A DNA stretch of 64,000 bases from Hyphochytrium catenoides (lineage: Eukaryota > Protista > Hyphochytriomycota): assembly GCA_900088475.1 (NCBI GenBank), contig FLMG01002918.1, positions 26,895-90,894 on the forward strand, written 5' to 3'. The notes under the pieces are model-generated. The model was not told the origin of the DNA, searched no databases, and saw only the letters and a program-made list of their open reading frames with translations. How positions within the stretch are numbered: the first letter of the stretch is position 1; each line of letters starts with the position of its first letter. Position numbers and translations under genes: made by a program. Below are positions 41,196-52,853 of this stretch, one piece after another.

Positions 41196-41859
41196 GAAGA
41201 AAGAAGGAAAGAAAGGGAGCGTGACGACAGGTAGTGAATAACAAAGCAAATAAAGAAAAGACAGGGCGGGAGAGCTAAGAGACCGAGAAACAGGGAACGT
41301 GTGTGTGAGATAGGGAAGAAAGAAAGAGAGAGAGAGAGAAAGAAAGAGAACGAGCCATATCATGGTCCCAACTAACCGTGCCACGAGTGTTTGAAAGAAA
41401 AGCGGCGGGTGATGAGGAGAAAGAGCTGTCACTTCTCTCTTGGGGCGGAGGAGAGAGAAAGCGGGTGAAGGCTCCCGCAGCAGCATGTTTCTGAGGAGAG
41501 AGAGAGAGAGAAAAGGAGAAAGGACGAGGGATAGGAAGAAGGGAGACGGCAGAGTCCGAAGCATTGTTCTCTCTCTCTTCAAACTCCATCCTCTCTCTCA
41601 ATAGTGGGGCGTCTCTCTCTTCTTGATCATCCGGGAGCTGCGCCCTCCCTCTCCTTCCAGCCAACGCGACCAGTTCCCCTGCGCGAGGCCACGAATTGGA
41701 AGCGTTTCTCTCTCTCTCTTGACTCTCTTCCTCATCGTCTCCTCCTTTCTCTCTCCCGCGCGGGCTCGCTCTCTCTCTTTGTGGGCTTCTCTGTTGCTTC
41801 CTTCTGGCGGCCTGAAGACCGGACCCGGCCGCGGCGGAAGAGGAGGAGAGAGACGCCAT
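30736..41859 (-). CDS. Large multi-exon uncharacterised protein with repeated beta-rich modules and a central coiled coil; exon structure only partly resolved
   Basis: ATG at 41859 (MASLSSSSAAAGSG..). Coding-like islands with splice sites lie between polypyrimidine introns: ELVRPKLFLSAQG..PLNVDKE; LLLQCGAIVSDTYVILSLL; GLLVCAYEPASSTVYFLEI; GFKAIVRVFEYPG..IKVYLPSNSQK; LQRVLEAKRAAVEEKLQGWREKEEK; RYWLFHTVQ. The last exon ends ..LRVVVGEES* at 30736. It could be two genes. Confidence 0.62.
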
Positions 41860-43286
41860 TGTAGAGGACAGGGAAGGAAATGAGAGAGAGAAACAGAGAG
41901 AGAAAGAGAACAAGAGACGTTCCTTACTGTCCCCGGTGGAGCGGTTCTCTAGCTACCATCATCTCTCCCTTCGCTCTCTCTAGCTTTTCTCTCTCTTCTA
42001 CCTCTCGATCTCTACAACCCCGGAGGTCCGTGGAACTTTTAGCTATTCGTTTCTCCATAATTAATCTCTCCCTCCTCTCTCTCTCTCCTTCTCTCTTCCT
42101 CTCTCGCGCGCGTTGTTAGAGAGCTCTCTCTGTCTCTTTTTATCTCTCTCTCTCCCTCGATCTCTCCTCTCTTTCTCTCTTCACCTTACTCGACCCCTTC
42201 TTCCATCCTATAATAAGCGGTCTATCCTTCCTCCAGATGAGACTCTCTCTTTATGTCTCTGTCTCTGCTGCCCTCCTGTCCCTTAACTCTCTCTATGATG
42301 TGCCTCTCATTTGGCGGGTCTCTCTTTGTCCTAACCACGAATCCATCTCTCTTTCTCTCTCACTTCTTGTTGCTGACGATAATGAGCAACCTCCTGCTCC
42401 TCCTCCTCGTCTGTGTCTCTTTTTCCTTCCCTCATCATGAGCAGCACCAAGAAGAGAGAGGAGAGAGTAAGAGAAAGAGAGAAGAGAGAGAACAAAGAGA
42501 GAGAGCGAGAGCGAGAGCGAGAGAGAGAGAGAGAGAGAGAGAGAAAGAAAGAAAGAAAGAGAGCTCTCGATTTTTATCTCAAAAAAAAGCTCAGTTGCCA
42601 GCACGGTGGAGGGACAATGAAACGCTAGTGCCTCAGGGGGGATCCATATTACAAATCAAGTCTTCTACTTAAGACTAATTCTGAACTAGCATATTTTGTG
42701 CAGCCAGAATCACGGATATCCGAAAGGACGTGAAGAGACAAAGAGTCCAGAGACTCAAGAGAGGGAGCTGACAGAGCAAGAGACAGAGTGCGCAGACGAT
42801 GGAGGTTAGACGCAGGGTAGACAGGAATATATACGAGTGCACTAGCAACTGTGAGCAAAGTGCAAGAGAAAGCAACAATTGCAGGCAACACAGTGCGATG
42901 TGAGATCTCAAAGCAGATCTTTTGCATGATAGACCTAAACAGGAAAGCCAAGCCATGACTGACCGAGTAAGAAGGAGTGACTTCAATTAGCAAACTTGGA
43001 GGAAGAGATAGGAGGGCATTCTGAGCTTATAGATGAGCAAGGAGTAGAGAGGCAGGCACTTGCGTGCATAGCTTTCAGCTTTTTAACTTAGAAGGACAAA
43101 AAGTCAGAACTACTCTTGCCCAGAGAGAACAGAAACTCTCGCTGATTGTTGGCCTCAGGCTCTCTTTCGATCGTTTTGAGACAGAAGCGACATCTTCCAA
43201 TGCCATCCTCACTACTGCCCTTCCCCTCTTCTCTTTCTTCCTGTCCGCTCTCTTCCCTCCTCTCTTCCTCCTTTTCTGCTCCTAGT

Positions 43287-44410
43287 CTAGTTGAAGTACT
43301 CAATCTTGCGGTGCTTGATGGGTGCCCAGCGCAGTCTCTTATAATAACCGCTGAGAGCAAGCAGGGCAATCAGACCCACAGCCCACTTGGCACCGCTCTT
43401 CTTCCTATCTTCAGCCTCAGGCTCAGCCGCCCAAGCTAGGAAAGCTGAGACGTCCTTTGCCATCTGTGAGGTGGTGCAAGGAGTGCCGTCTTCATACTCC
43501 AGCTGGCCGTCCTGCAACTGCCGTTCCATGGCAATAGCTCCTCCAGGGAAGTAAGGGTTATAGTACTGGCCTTCCATAAAGGTACGGCCTGCAGGAGGCT
43601 CTACATAGCCAGTGAGAAGAGCAAAAAGATAGTCTGCGCCTGCATGGCGAGCCTTCACCATCAGAGAGAGATCAGGAGGAAGAGCACCCCCGTTAGCAGC
43701 ACGGGCAGCCTGTTCGTTGGGGTAAGGGCTGGGGAGACGATCTGAGAGCTTGCCAGGGCGCTCGAACATTTCACCTGGTGACCGATGATACAGAGAGGAA
43801 AAAGGGATCAGCAAGGAAGTTCGATAACCCAAAAAAAGGGAGAGAGGAGAAAAAAGACTTTGTCAGAAGAAAAGCAAGGATAGCAAAGAGCAAGAGACAG
43901 GAGAAAAAAGAGCCATAGAATGCGGGGCTAACGCATGGGGACTCACCGTTGGAGTCAGGACCGTCCACGACATCCACATCTGCGGCAATTTTCTTCATTT
44001 CCTCCTCACTGTGAGTGACGCCCACCAGATTTCTGAAACAAATCCGGCTCAAACTGTAACCCCGCAACCCCAAAGAAAGAGACAGAGAAGGAATCCGAGA
44101 GAAGAGCCAGCGCATCAATGGCAGGAGCAGAAGAAGAGGGGCGCGTCAGTCAATAAAGCGATGGCGATACCCAGGGCGACAAAACTTGACGCACTCACCT
44201 GTGGCAGCTCGCGCATACTTCACGGTATACTTGGTAACCTCTTCGCAGAGAGGCGTGATCGTAGGCAGAGAGAGGACCCTGGTGGTCAAAGCCATAGTGA
44301 GGGCTGGGAACGGCGTCAGAGCTTGCATACGCAACACCGCCAAGCATGCCTCCAGCCACGAGCACAGCCCCAGCGGCGGGCTTGGCCTTTGCAGCGATCT
44401 GCCTAATCAT
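43287..44410 (-). CDS. CYC1: Mitochondrial cytochrome c1 (complex III), 3 coding exons
   Basis: Exons 44410-44199, 44053-43947 and 43774-43287 join in phase. The protein has [21 protein letters not shown] (CxxCH heme motif), PYPNEQAARAANGGALPPDLS, YNPYFPGGAIAM, AFLAWAAEPE and a C-terminal TM helix. A 5' UTR intron at 44427-44591 is probable. Confidence 0.98.
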
Positions 44411-44786
44411 GGCTATATAATGCTAACTGTGGAGAAGAGAGAGAAGCTCTTAGAGTTTAAGAACCAGCAGCTTTAGCGAGCTAAATAAAGAGGAAGCGGT
44501 ACGTCATTCCACACAGGGGCGCCCAATAGAGAAGGATGGTGGTGGAGAAGGAAAGCCAGAGAGAGAGATTGTAAAAGGCAAAGGATCTTACCTCTGGCAA
44601 GCACTGCGCTAGACTAGAAAGACTGATTCTTGTCCTGTGCACTGCGCTATGCCCGTGCAGTGCAACGAAGGAAGCTTTGAAGTTTTGAGAAAGAGACTTT
44701 GAAGCTTCAGATTGGCTGACCAGACTCGTCTAGTCCGTGCCGTGTCTCCCTCACCTCTTTCACCTCCTTTGCTTTCTCTTCGCTTG

Positions 44787-44832
<46 letters not shown>

Positions 44833-46213
44833 CTTCTCTCTCTCTCTCTCTTTCCCCCAAGTTCTATCTCTCTTTTCCTCACGCAAAATCACGTAACCCT
44901 ATCTATCCTATCACTCTTTCTCTCACCTGTTGCGTCTATTGTCTCGCTCTGTCTATCCTGACTCTGACTCTGTCTCGAAGAAGCGTCTCCCCTCTCTGTC
45001 TCCCTGCGGACTCTCCCCTCGGCCATTCCATGCCTGGACATCCACCTCCAGCTTCCCTCCCGCCACCTCACCCACCTACTGACTGGCAGTAGTAATACAG
45101 TAATATACATAATTAAAGCCTTGGGATGGCTAATAATAAGGCCTGAAAGTGTTACGTACTGTATTCCAGCTTTGCTCGCAAAACTCCGCAAAAGTGTAGC
45201 TCGAAATACAGTGATTAATATTTCACGAAATCTATTTATTGAAGATGTGAATCTGAAGAGTGCAGATTTCCACTCCAAAAGAAAGCCGATGACAGAGCTT
45301 CAGCATAATAAATCTGCAGCTCGTCGCTCGCTTATTCTGCTTCAGAACAGCAAAGGACGAGCGCCGCAATAGATATGCAACTCGGACCTCGGTGCCCGTA
45401 TGGTAGAGGCCAATGATGACAGAACGTTTATAGTCTAGAAGTCGCATTCAAATTAGAAATAGCTTACTGAGAGAGCTTTCATCAGGATACTCTGAGATGC
45501 GCTCCACTAAACGGAAGAGCCCAAGGCCAAGGAGGATAGGAGCTTCTAGATTAGATCATTAGATCTGGGACTGTTTGACCCTACTTTAGAAAATCAAGTG
45601 ACAGAGATCCACCATAATCCTGTACTCGTTCCTTTCCAATTGTAAACGCCAACACAGAGGGTCACAACAGAGAAACAACTAGCATCTAGTCTTGAGAAAA
45701 AGAGCCAATGAAAGCACTTCACCCATGGATCTGCAACTCGGTTCCCCTGTGTCAGGGCCAGGACCAAGCTTCGCAATAGATCTGAACCTCGCTTTCCCAT
45801 GAAATGCCACTAAATAGATTTCAGACACATATCAAGGCCAAAGTGCATTCCACCAACCCAATGAAAGGTAAGAATTGACAATAAGAGACGATAGCTGCAA
45901 CGGCTACAGAGGAGCTCCAGAAGCTGTCAGACCCATTGCAAGCGCGTACAGCTATCATCTAAAGGTCATAATCTCTTCTTGCTGTTCACAGCCTGGAAAC
46001 CGGGTAGGGCAGGGACACTTTGCATAGTCCTAGCGACGAGAGGTATTATGACAAGAAATTCTTCCTGTCTTCTCAACAACATAACGTGAGCGAACTGGTG
46101 AGATACGCACTCATTAGGCTTCAGAATAGTCTCTCCTTTGTTAGTCTTCAACTGTCCACAGTTTCGTCCGGGACCATAGTCGCAAGACCACGCTCTCTTC
46201 AAGTTGTCCTCTT

Positions 46214-47543
46214 CTATGTGTATGTGGAGTATATGGTGGCCAACTTCTCACGATAGATCATAACGAAGACGATCGCTATATAGTACATTAGGACTGGGCT
46301 TATACTCTCACCCACGACTGCTAATATCCCGCTAAATAATGCCGAACCACCAAAGAAGCGCCAATAGAAAGAACTGACACCCCACAATAACAGAAGGAGG
46401 ACAGAACACAACCAGAAGAGGGCGACGGGAGTCAAAGAGCAAGAAGCGTTAGTCACATGTCAGCTTTGAGGAAAAAGGTGGTTATGCCATTGTAGGCCCC
46501 TTACCACTGTTAGCACCCCAACAAGTATCATCAGCTTAACATTCTGCCACCAAAGCGTCCGCCGCAGTGTCCGACTACTATTTCTGAATGCTTCGGACGA
46601 GTTGCTGCACAAAGCGGCGGTGAACGGGAGTGTGGACACCAGCAGTCAGCGTCCAAGTGTCTGGAGAGGAGAAGAGGCACTGAAGAGAGGCAAGAGAGAG
46701 AGAGAAACGGAAGTGCTACAAGGAAGAGACTCACTTTAGCTCATCCGTCTTGGTGACTAATGTCTCAATCTGCTCGCCTCTCTCCAGAGCCTTATCTGCA
46801 TAGACAACCGCGTTTAGCCATCAGAAGTTGCAGAATGATCACTAACCAGCTTACTAATATTTTCCTTCATAGCTCCTGTCACTTTGTCCACATCCGCCTT
46901 GATGTCCGCAATCTTTCCTAGTCCAGCCTCGTTCTTGTTAAACTCCCCCTAGATGTAGAGATAACCAGGGACCAGAAGTGAGATGATAGCGAGTTGTAGG
47001 GATAGTTGTCTTTCTTCTTAGGGAAGAGGAGAGTACTAACCAAAGGGCAGGTAAATAATAGGGGAGCTCAGAAAAAAAGGGATCAAGGCCATCAGCACTT
47101 ACCATTGCCCTCTTCATCACAGGAACAAAGTCCATGTTCATGTCGAGCCGTAACTTGGTCGCCTTTCCGCGGACACCGAACTTATCATAGAAATCATCTT
47201 TGATCTTCTCTAGAAACTTGAATGAGACACTGCAAGAAAGCGTGTCAGCAGAGCCAGCATGTTTTCAACTCTTCTCTAACGGCTTGAAGGCCCTAACTTA
47301 CGTCTTCCCACTCTTCCCTGTGGCCAAGCACAGGAACAGCATGCCATCGTCCACCAGCCAGGAGAAGGTGCTGCCCTTGATAGAGTGAGCCACATCAGCG
47401 TTCCGACACTCTTCAGCTAGACTAATTTTCTTTCTAAGCGTTTCAGCCTCTGTCGCCACCTCGCTTGTTGTCCCGCTTCCATTCTCCTCATACTGAGCCA
47501 CTGGGACGGTGGCATTGGCCACCATACAGAATAAAATAGGCAT
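46214..47543 (-). CDS. VAMP7: Longin R-SNARE, VAMP7/VAMP71-like
   Basis: Longin domain MPILFCMVANATVPVAQY..TFSWLVDDGMLFLCLA..SFKFLEKIKDDF; SNARE motif KIADIKADVDKVTGAMKENI|DKALERGEQIETLVTKTDEL..SEAFRNSSRTLRRTLWWQNVKL; hydrophobic C-terminal anchor. The exact last exon is uncertain. Confidence 0.92.
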
Positions 47544-48951
47544 CTTTCCAATGAAATGTTGACCCCAATCACTCCCACCAGCTAGCGCTTGAGGCACAGG
47601 ATAGGGCCCCAATAAGACTTCAGCTCCACCAGGGCTGTTGACGGGAGGAGCGTCTCTTACTGCTTGCTGTTCTAGGTAAGAAGAGTAGAGATTTGCCAGA
47701 CAAACCTTATGATGGGGACGTTTCTCTCCTCCCTCTTTCTCCATATACGCTGCAACTGCTCCTCGCTCTCTCTCTCTCTGGACTTATTATGCCGCCAGCG
47801 CCAAAAGCGGCGCTAACCCGTTACCCGCTTTGACCTTCTAGATAACTGATTTGGTGATTCTTTTTCTAACCATTATTGATCCATCACATTCTCTTTCTGT
47901 CTCTCCACAACACAGGAGCTGGTACAGGTATGTAACAGGCAGCATATCAATTTACCGACTGTCAGGAAGAGTAATATTGTACGTCAATTAAGCCTTATTT
48001 CACGATGGAAGCCCTGATTTCTTGCGAAACAACGAAGTATTCTTTTCTATTGATCGACAGTAAATTACCCGGATTTCTGTGTGAATTTTACTATTTATTG
48101 TGAAGGAATAACCTTGAGTTCTCTTTTCTTCTTCTTCCGCAGCTCCGCAGCATCCGCCTCGCTCCTCCGATCCTCCGCTGATGATCGATCTCGTGCTGCT
48201 GCTGCTGCTGATTCTGACTCTGTCCTTCCTTATCCACAACGCCAAGGGATGCGAGGTGTGAAGGGCCTTGAAGAAGCCGCTCCTAGCCGCTGCTAATGGG
48301 GAACTGATGATAAGGAACTGATACCGACGTAAAAGGGCTGCGTCCGCCGCCATCGCACAACAGCTAGGGAGGGCGCCGCATCGCCAGCTCTGTCCTCCTC
48401 TTCTGATAACTCTGCGGCTCTTAAGAGAAGCTTGGTGCTTGGTGCTCATGCTGGTGGGAGGACTAGCAGTAACGACATTTAGGCGAGAAGTGATGGACAC
48501 AACGTTATACGGTGTCGAGTCGCTGCTATCCAGTGGGCCAGACTATTAGCTCTGCCCCTTCCTATACCCATCGGCAGCAAGTGTTGCTGCACCACGTACC
48601 ACAGGCACATGCTCTTGGCATAGGCAGGTCCTCCAGCAGCTGCATTCTGCCACACCCTGAACCCTTCTCCTTTAGCCTAGGGTCTACAAGTTACATTCTG
48701 CCACTTCCTTGTCCCGCTATAGCTCATTTTCCAATCTCCCTGTCAATCTTCTTTTTGTATAAACCCAAAGTCGAAGGACCTTAGAGGCGCCTATCTAGAG
48801 ACGCCTTTATACACTCTATAGCCAGTCAGTTAGTTCCCTGGATAACTGGGGCTTGCACAGTTTTCCGCCGCGCTGAGGATAAAAGCTCGGCTTGACACTA
48901 CACCATCCATCCTAATAGTGACGAGCAATCTCCCGACTCTTTTTTAAGAAT

Positions 48952-50942
48952 ATGGCGTGGAGTGCACACAAAGATCCTGAGCAGATTCGTGAGAAGTTTG
49001 AGTCTGACGAAGAGATGGACCGCAAGGTAGACATAGCTGCGCGCGGCCCTTGAGAGCTGTTCCTTTCCTCTCCTATTCCATCTGAGTTCTAACAATATCT
49101 GTTGCGCTATTGCGTCCTACATGCACTTTCACCAGGCTCGCATCCTGGCTGACTATATCAAGCAGAGCAAGCACTTTATAGCGTTCACAGGGTAAGGTCA
49201 TCATTGAGGATAGGCTCTCCATAACGGGGTCTTTTCTCACGTGGCTGCTCCAACCTTGTCGTGTTCGGTCCTCACTTTGCAGCGCTGGAGTCTCCACCTC
49301 GGCGGGTATCCCGGACTACCGTGGACCACAAGGCGTTTGGACCCTCCGTGCCCAGGGCAGGCGGCCGATTGGCGGCGTGTCCAGCCTACAGGCCATCCCT
49401 ACACCCTCACACATGAGCCTTGTCGAGCTGCAGGACCGGGGCATTCTCAAGTATCTTGTCAGCCAGAACACAGACGGACTACACCGAAAGAGCGGCATTC
49501 GGCCTGAGATGATCGCAGAGTTGCACGGCAACAGCAACCGCGAGTATTGCAAGAGCTGCGGGAAGGAGTATATACGAGGTAAGAAGGCGTGAAACTAGAA
49601 AGACACAGGAGCCTGCGGGATAGCACGTAGCTAAGTCTGACCCTGCTGCTTCTCCTGCTTCTCTCCCTCTCCTGGTGCTGCGGCGTAGACTATCGCGCAG
49701 TGGCTAACTATAGGAAAAATGGCTCCATTAATGATCATCGGACTGGCAGAAAGTGCGCCGTCTGTGGTGAGTGTAGAGACGAGCTTCAAGAGGGAAAAGG
49801 ACCTATGTAGGCTTCCGAAGGGGAATGCTAACCCGTCCCCGTCGCGCTGGCGTCCTACTTGTTGTTGAATAATGATAGGCGACGATCTTCATGACTCCAT
49901 TATTAACTTTGGCGAGTCTCTGCCTGAAGAGGCTCTGACAAACGCCTTTAACCACGCCCGGCAGGTGAGTTACCTCCTTAGAGAGCATCAGGGAGATCTA
50001 CAGCCACCGAATCGAAGATCTAATCAAAGACTGGATAGGCGGATCTGTGCCTCGTCCTAGGTTCTTCATGCACGGTGTCCCCAGCCAACAGCGTTCCAGA
50101 GCGCGTGGGCCGGAATCGGTCGGCCCACCTTGTCATCTGCAACTTGCAGGACACGCCTCTGGATCACCTCTGCAGTCTTAGAGTGCACGCGAAGACAGAT
50201 GAGTTTATGCAGAAGGTATTGGGACATCTGGAGCTGTCTGTTCCTGCGTGGAAGCTGCATCGGCGCGTGGCTGTCAGGCTTGAAAAGAACACTTTAGAGG
50301 TCCGAGGCGTAGACCTGGACGGGACAAGCGCTAGCCTGTTCCAACGTGTCGAAGTTAATGGCGCGATAAAGGAGGAAGAGCCGTTTGTCTTTCCTCTCGG
50401 AGCCGTAGAAGTGGGTCAGCAGATGAAAATTGTGGCCTACCCTATGGTAGGTATCCGTCTACTCTGTAGATAAAGAAGTACAAGGGCACTTGGCTGTGGA
50501 AAGCATTCAAAGAAGACGGAGAGCGAGAGCGAGAGAATAGAGAAAGAGCCAGAGAATTAGAGAAACAGCGAGAGCGAGAGAGATAGAGAGCGCGCGACAG
50601 AGACAGGGACCGAGACATCGAGAGAGAGAGAGAGAGAGAACTACTAAGAGGTGACGACAAAGCGTAAGCGTATCGGAATGTCCTCCTTCTTCTTCTTTGT
50701 GGTTTGGGTCTCGTGCTCTCATTATTTTACATGCTGCTTCGTGTCCATGTTCACGCGCTCACCCGCTCCCTGTCTCTGCAATGTGGCACTGATTACCTCT
50801 CTAGGGATGGTACGGTGAGCCGCCAGTCACCATTGAGCACACAGTCCAGCGGCCGTTCAACACCTTCTATGCGCTAGACTATAGTCCAGGAACAGGGGAA
50901 TGGAAAGTGACCTCCGAGTCATCAGCGGCGGCAGGATCCTGA
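48952..50942 (+). CDS. Class IV sirtuin (SIRT6/SIRT7-like) NAD-dependent deacylase, 7 exons
   Basis: Spliced protein contains [102 protein letters not shown] and LVICNLQDTPLD. The last exon GWYGEPP..YALDYSPGTGEW ends at TGA 50940-50942. Confidence 0.95.
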
Positions 50943-51827
50943 GTACTATTAAGTTATGCGCTAGCACATTCAATCTGACAGCGAGTAGAACGGAACCATG
51001 CGTTTTAGAAGGACTTCCTTGAGGCCTTTCCTATATAAGGATAACATGATGGCTAAAGGAAACAACTAGTATGCAACCTCAGATGCTCCGCTGCTTGCTT
51101 TATACCGACCACCTTATGAATACTAGATGTTCCAGGGCTTGGTAGTGGATGGACATCACTAGTAGCGGCACCAGCTGGTGCTGTCCGCCCGTTTCTATAG
51201 AGCCTTCTTGTTCACGTACCTCATCATCCGGTCCAATGGTTGTTGGCTGGCCCTCTGTCAGTCTGACTAGGAGATTGAAGGGCCTTGTGGATGCGGATCC
51301 GCCTTGCATGGCAGATGAGTCCCTTTGCTGAGAAGAATAGACTGGAACGTAGTATATCCTCACCTTAAGTTCAATCACCAGGCCCTACTCTTCCCAACCT
51401 TGTAGTGCCTGCTGGACGCCATAATAGTAACGGACTCTGGACAGACCGAGTTTAGCCGTCATCACTGGTATAGAAGTAGTAGGATAGAAGGCAGAGGAGG
51501 CACGTCATCAGGCGACAGCGATGTATCCCAACAGTGCATCTATGAATAATAAGCTGCAGGTTACTCTTTAGTTTGAATATATTATTTCTCTAAACTTCTA
51601 CTTCTTCTTGAAAGAGGTTGGCATCCTTGCTTTATTGGAAAATGTATGGAGAAGTGACTTCTTCTTCTTCGTCAGTGACGTTACTCTTCTTTCGTCTTAG
51701 CAGAGGAGAATGTATAACAAGCATGTAGCAGAGGAGAAGGAGGAGAGCCGTACTGGTGGTTGGCTGCTTTCCCCTCGCTCTCTGCTCCTTCCAACAACAT
51801 CACCATCTGCCGTCACCTGAGGAGCCC

Positions 51828-52853
51828 TTACAGTGCACGGTTATAGCCTGACACGGCGCCGAGGATGGTCTTCTTGGCCTCCTGGTCCATCTTTGTCTTC
51901 AGCCAACACGTGCCACCGTTGAAGTTGGTCCAGGTCCAGCCTTTGCAGCCGGAAGCCCAGGCGCACTCCGTGCAGCACTTATCAAAGGTAGAAGCAGGAA
52001 CGCCAGAAAGATCATTGCCAAAGAAGTCCACATTTTCCTCCAGACGGGTGCAGTTGTTCCAGGTCACGGGAGGAGAAACTGGGGCGTCACCTTGATGGTT
52101 AGGCTGCCATGCCGACACTGCCCCAGCCAGACGCGTTCTATTCTCCAAGCTGCTCTTCAACCAGCAAGTTCCGCCGTTAAAATCGGTCCAGGTCCAACCC
52201 TTGCAGGCTGAGAAGCGCCAGCAAAACTGCGGACACTTTTGCCAATCGCTGCTCGTCCACGAGCTGAGGTCATTTCCTAAGTAATCGATGTCCTCTTCCA
52301 CCGGGATCGGTTCGAATCTGTTAAGGACCATCGCAGAGCGTGCATTACTGTTGAACTTTACTCTGTCCAACTTGCTCTTTAGCCAGCACGTGCCGCCGTT
52401 GTAGTTGGTCCAGGTATAACCCTTGCAGCCCTTCGTCATCCAGCAGGCGAAGCAGCACATCTTCTGATCCGTCCCTGGAACGCTCTTCAGATCGTTACCT
52501 ACATAATCGATCCCAACCACTTCTGCCCCGCAAGTGCCAGGATCAAGGGCTCCGCTTCGGACAGCACCTGAGACAGCACCGGCCTTGGGCGTCCTGTTAC
52601 CTAGAGCACTCTTGAGCCAGCACGTTCCGTCATTGTAGTCTGTCCAGGTGAAGCCATCACACCCGGATGTTTGATAGCAGTGAGTGCAGCAGTCGTTGTA
52701 ATCAGCGACCTTGGCAATTGCTTTGAGATCATTCCCTGGGTAGTCAACGCCCTCTTCGTACGTGTCGGGACAAGATTCAACGGAGCCTCTTGCCTCAGCA
52801 GCAGGGCCAAAGAGGCCAATGACTCCAAGCAGAAGTAGGCATGCACTCTTCAT
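51828..52853 (-). CDS. Secreted protein with four tandem PAN/apple (PAN_4, CBEL-like) domains; intronless
   Basis: 341-aa ORF with signal peptide MKSACLLLLGVIGLFGPAAEA and four repeats of D[YF]xGNDL..CCxxC....CxGxTWTx[YF]NxGTCWLK[ST]..G/NA[VR]S. Confidence 0.93.
   Translation of the reverse strand: MKSACLLLLGVIGLFGPAAEARGSVESCPDTYEEGVDYPGNDLKAIAKVADYNDCCTHCYQTSGCDGFTWTDYNDGTCWLKSALGNRTPKAGAVSGAVRSGALDPGTCGAEVVGIDYVGNDLKSVPGTDQKMCCFACWMTKGCKGYTWTNYNGGTCWLKSKLDRVKFNSNARSAMVLNRFEPIPVEEDIDYLGNDLSSWTSSDWQKCPQFCWRFSACKGWTWTDFNGGTCWLKSSLENRTRLAGAVSAWQPNHQGDAPVSPPVTWNNCTRLEENVDFFGNDLSGVPASTFDKCCTECAWASGCKGWTWTNFNGGTCWLKTKMDQEAKKTILGAVSGYNRAL

Larger units (their letters stand above)
21900..45000. 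repeat. Region saturated with (CT)n/(GA)n microsatellites, mostly intronic
   Basis: Dozens of CT/GA tracts, e.g. 23770-23830, 28240-28350, 29050-29120, 30285-30490, 34160-34410 and 40345-40385. Three of the four N gaps sit in or next to such tracts. Confidence 0.95.

Noticed and set aside
42649-42993. 114-aa minus-strand ORF
   Set aside because: No ATG start or motif; it lies in the probable 3' UTR or intergenic region downstream of CYC1.
22399-44961. Numerous ORFs rich in SLSLSL or ERERER
   Set aside because: They are translations of CT/GA microsatellites, which contain no stop codons, and are not independent genes.
45413-45496. C/D-box-like ATGATGA..CTGA
   Set aside because: No terminal stem and no rRNA-complementary guide that I could identify; snoscan or Infernal would be needed.
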